Source of the DNA: a virus
IMG/VR virus record: IMGVR_UViG_3300016476_000653
Span: 1-33,963 of that record
Length of the DNA: 33,963 nucleotides
Direction: 5' to 3' (one strand)
Below the pieces are notes generated by a model, which searched no databases, was not told where the DNA came from, and worked only from the letters and a program-made list of their open reading frames with translations. Positions within the stretch are counted from its first letter, which is position 1. Every line of letters starts with the position of its first letter. Position numbers and translations under genes: made by a program. Positions 33,663 to 33,963 of the stretch are shown piece by piece.

Positions 33663-33963
33663 ATGAAACTATATACAGAAGAACAAGTAATCAATACATT
33701 ACAATTAATGGGGCTTCACATAATGATAAATGAGTTTATAAAAAAAGCTGCACCCATAGAACTACCAAGTGATGAGGAGATAAAAATTAAGATAAAATTG
33801 GCTTGTTGGTTTGTAATAAATGATACAATACATCAATCAGGTGCAAGAGATGAAAAGGTGTGGAATAAGTCAAATCTAAAAGATATAAAATTGATGAATT
33901 TACTTGACACTAAAACTTTAGAGTTGACAAATAGAATTATGAAAATACTTAACCAAAACAAAT
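33663..33963 (+). CDS. Hypothetical protein that runs across the genome junction (100 aa; the stop is the TAA at window positions 21..23)
   Basis: ATG at 33663, open to the window end (MKLYTEEQVINTLQ...RIMKILNQNK). Reading through the 21-bp overlap reaches TAA at 21..23. Confidence 0.55.
   Translation, partial: MKLYTEEQVINTLQLMGLHIMINEFIKKAAPIELPSDEEIKIKIKLACWFVINDTIHQSGARDEKVWNKSNLKDIKLMNLLDTKTLELTNRIMKILNQNK
33943..33963. repeat. Right copy of the 21-bp terminal direct overlap
   Basis: Identical to 1..21. Confidence 0.9.

Noticed and set aside
1-33963. tRNA, tmRNA or rRNA genes
   Set aside because: I found no T-loop-like GTTCRANNC with a matching acceptor/anticodon-stem arrangement in the intergenic regions (1750..1880, 2274..2391, 23899..24377, 25434..26064, 27380..27748). 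This was a scan by eye, so tRNAscan-SE should confirm it.

Overview
The window is an entire tailed-phage genome, siphovirus-type with an HK97-fold capsid module. It closes on itself through a 21-bp terminal overlap, giving a unique length of 33,942 bp. The DNA is AT-rich and tightly packed. No Shine-Dalgarno motifs precede the starts I checked, which suggests a Bacteroidota/Flavobacteriia-type host (inference only). There are two arms. The leftward minus-strand arm (25433 to 1881) encodes a Zn-ribbon protein, terS, terL, portal, MuF-like protein, prohead protease and major capsid protein. It continues with three head-tail connector proteins, a 1373-aa fiber, a tail terminator, a free-standing GIY-YIG homing endonuclease and the major tail protein. 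It ends with G/GT frameshift chaperones, tape measure, a 652-aa tail-tip protein, two tail-tube paralogs, a membrane protein, two holin-like proteins, an M15 endolysin, an exonuclease and a very acidic protein. The rightward plus-strand arm (26065 through the junction to 1749) encodes small early proteins, a DnaA-domain-IV-like protein, recombination-module proteins, a replication organiser and a DnaB helicase. It also encodes a VRR-NUC nuclease and a small protein ending in an SSB-like DLPF tip. The arms diverge at a 631-bp non-coding control region containing 21-bp-phased repeats and converge at back-to-back terminators. A second non-coding region carries four 17-bp-phased iterons. I recognised no integrase, repressor, DNA polymerase, primase, tRNA, CRISPR array or reverse transcriptase. 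All functional calls come from motif and synteny recognition by eye, not from database searches.
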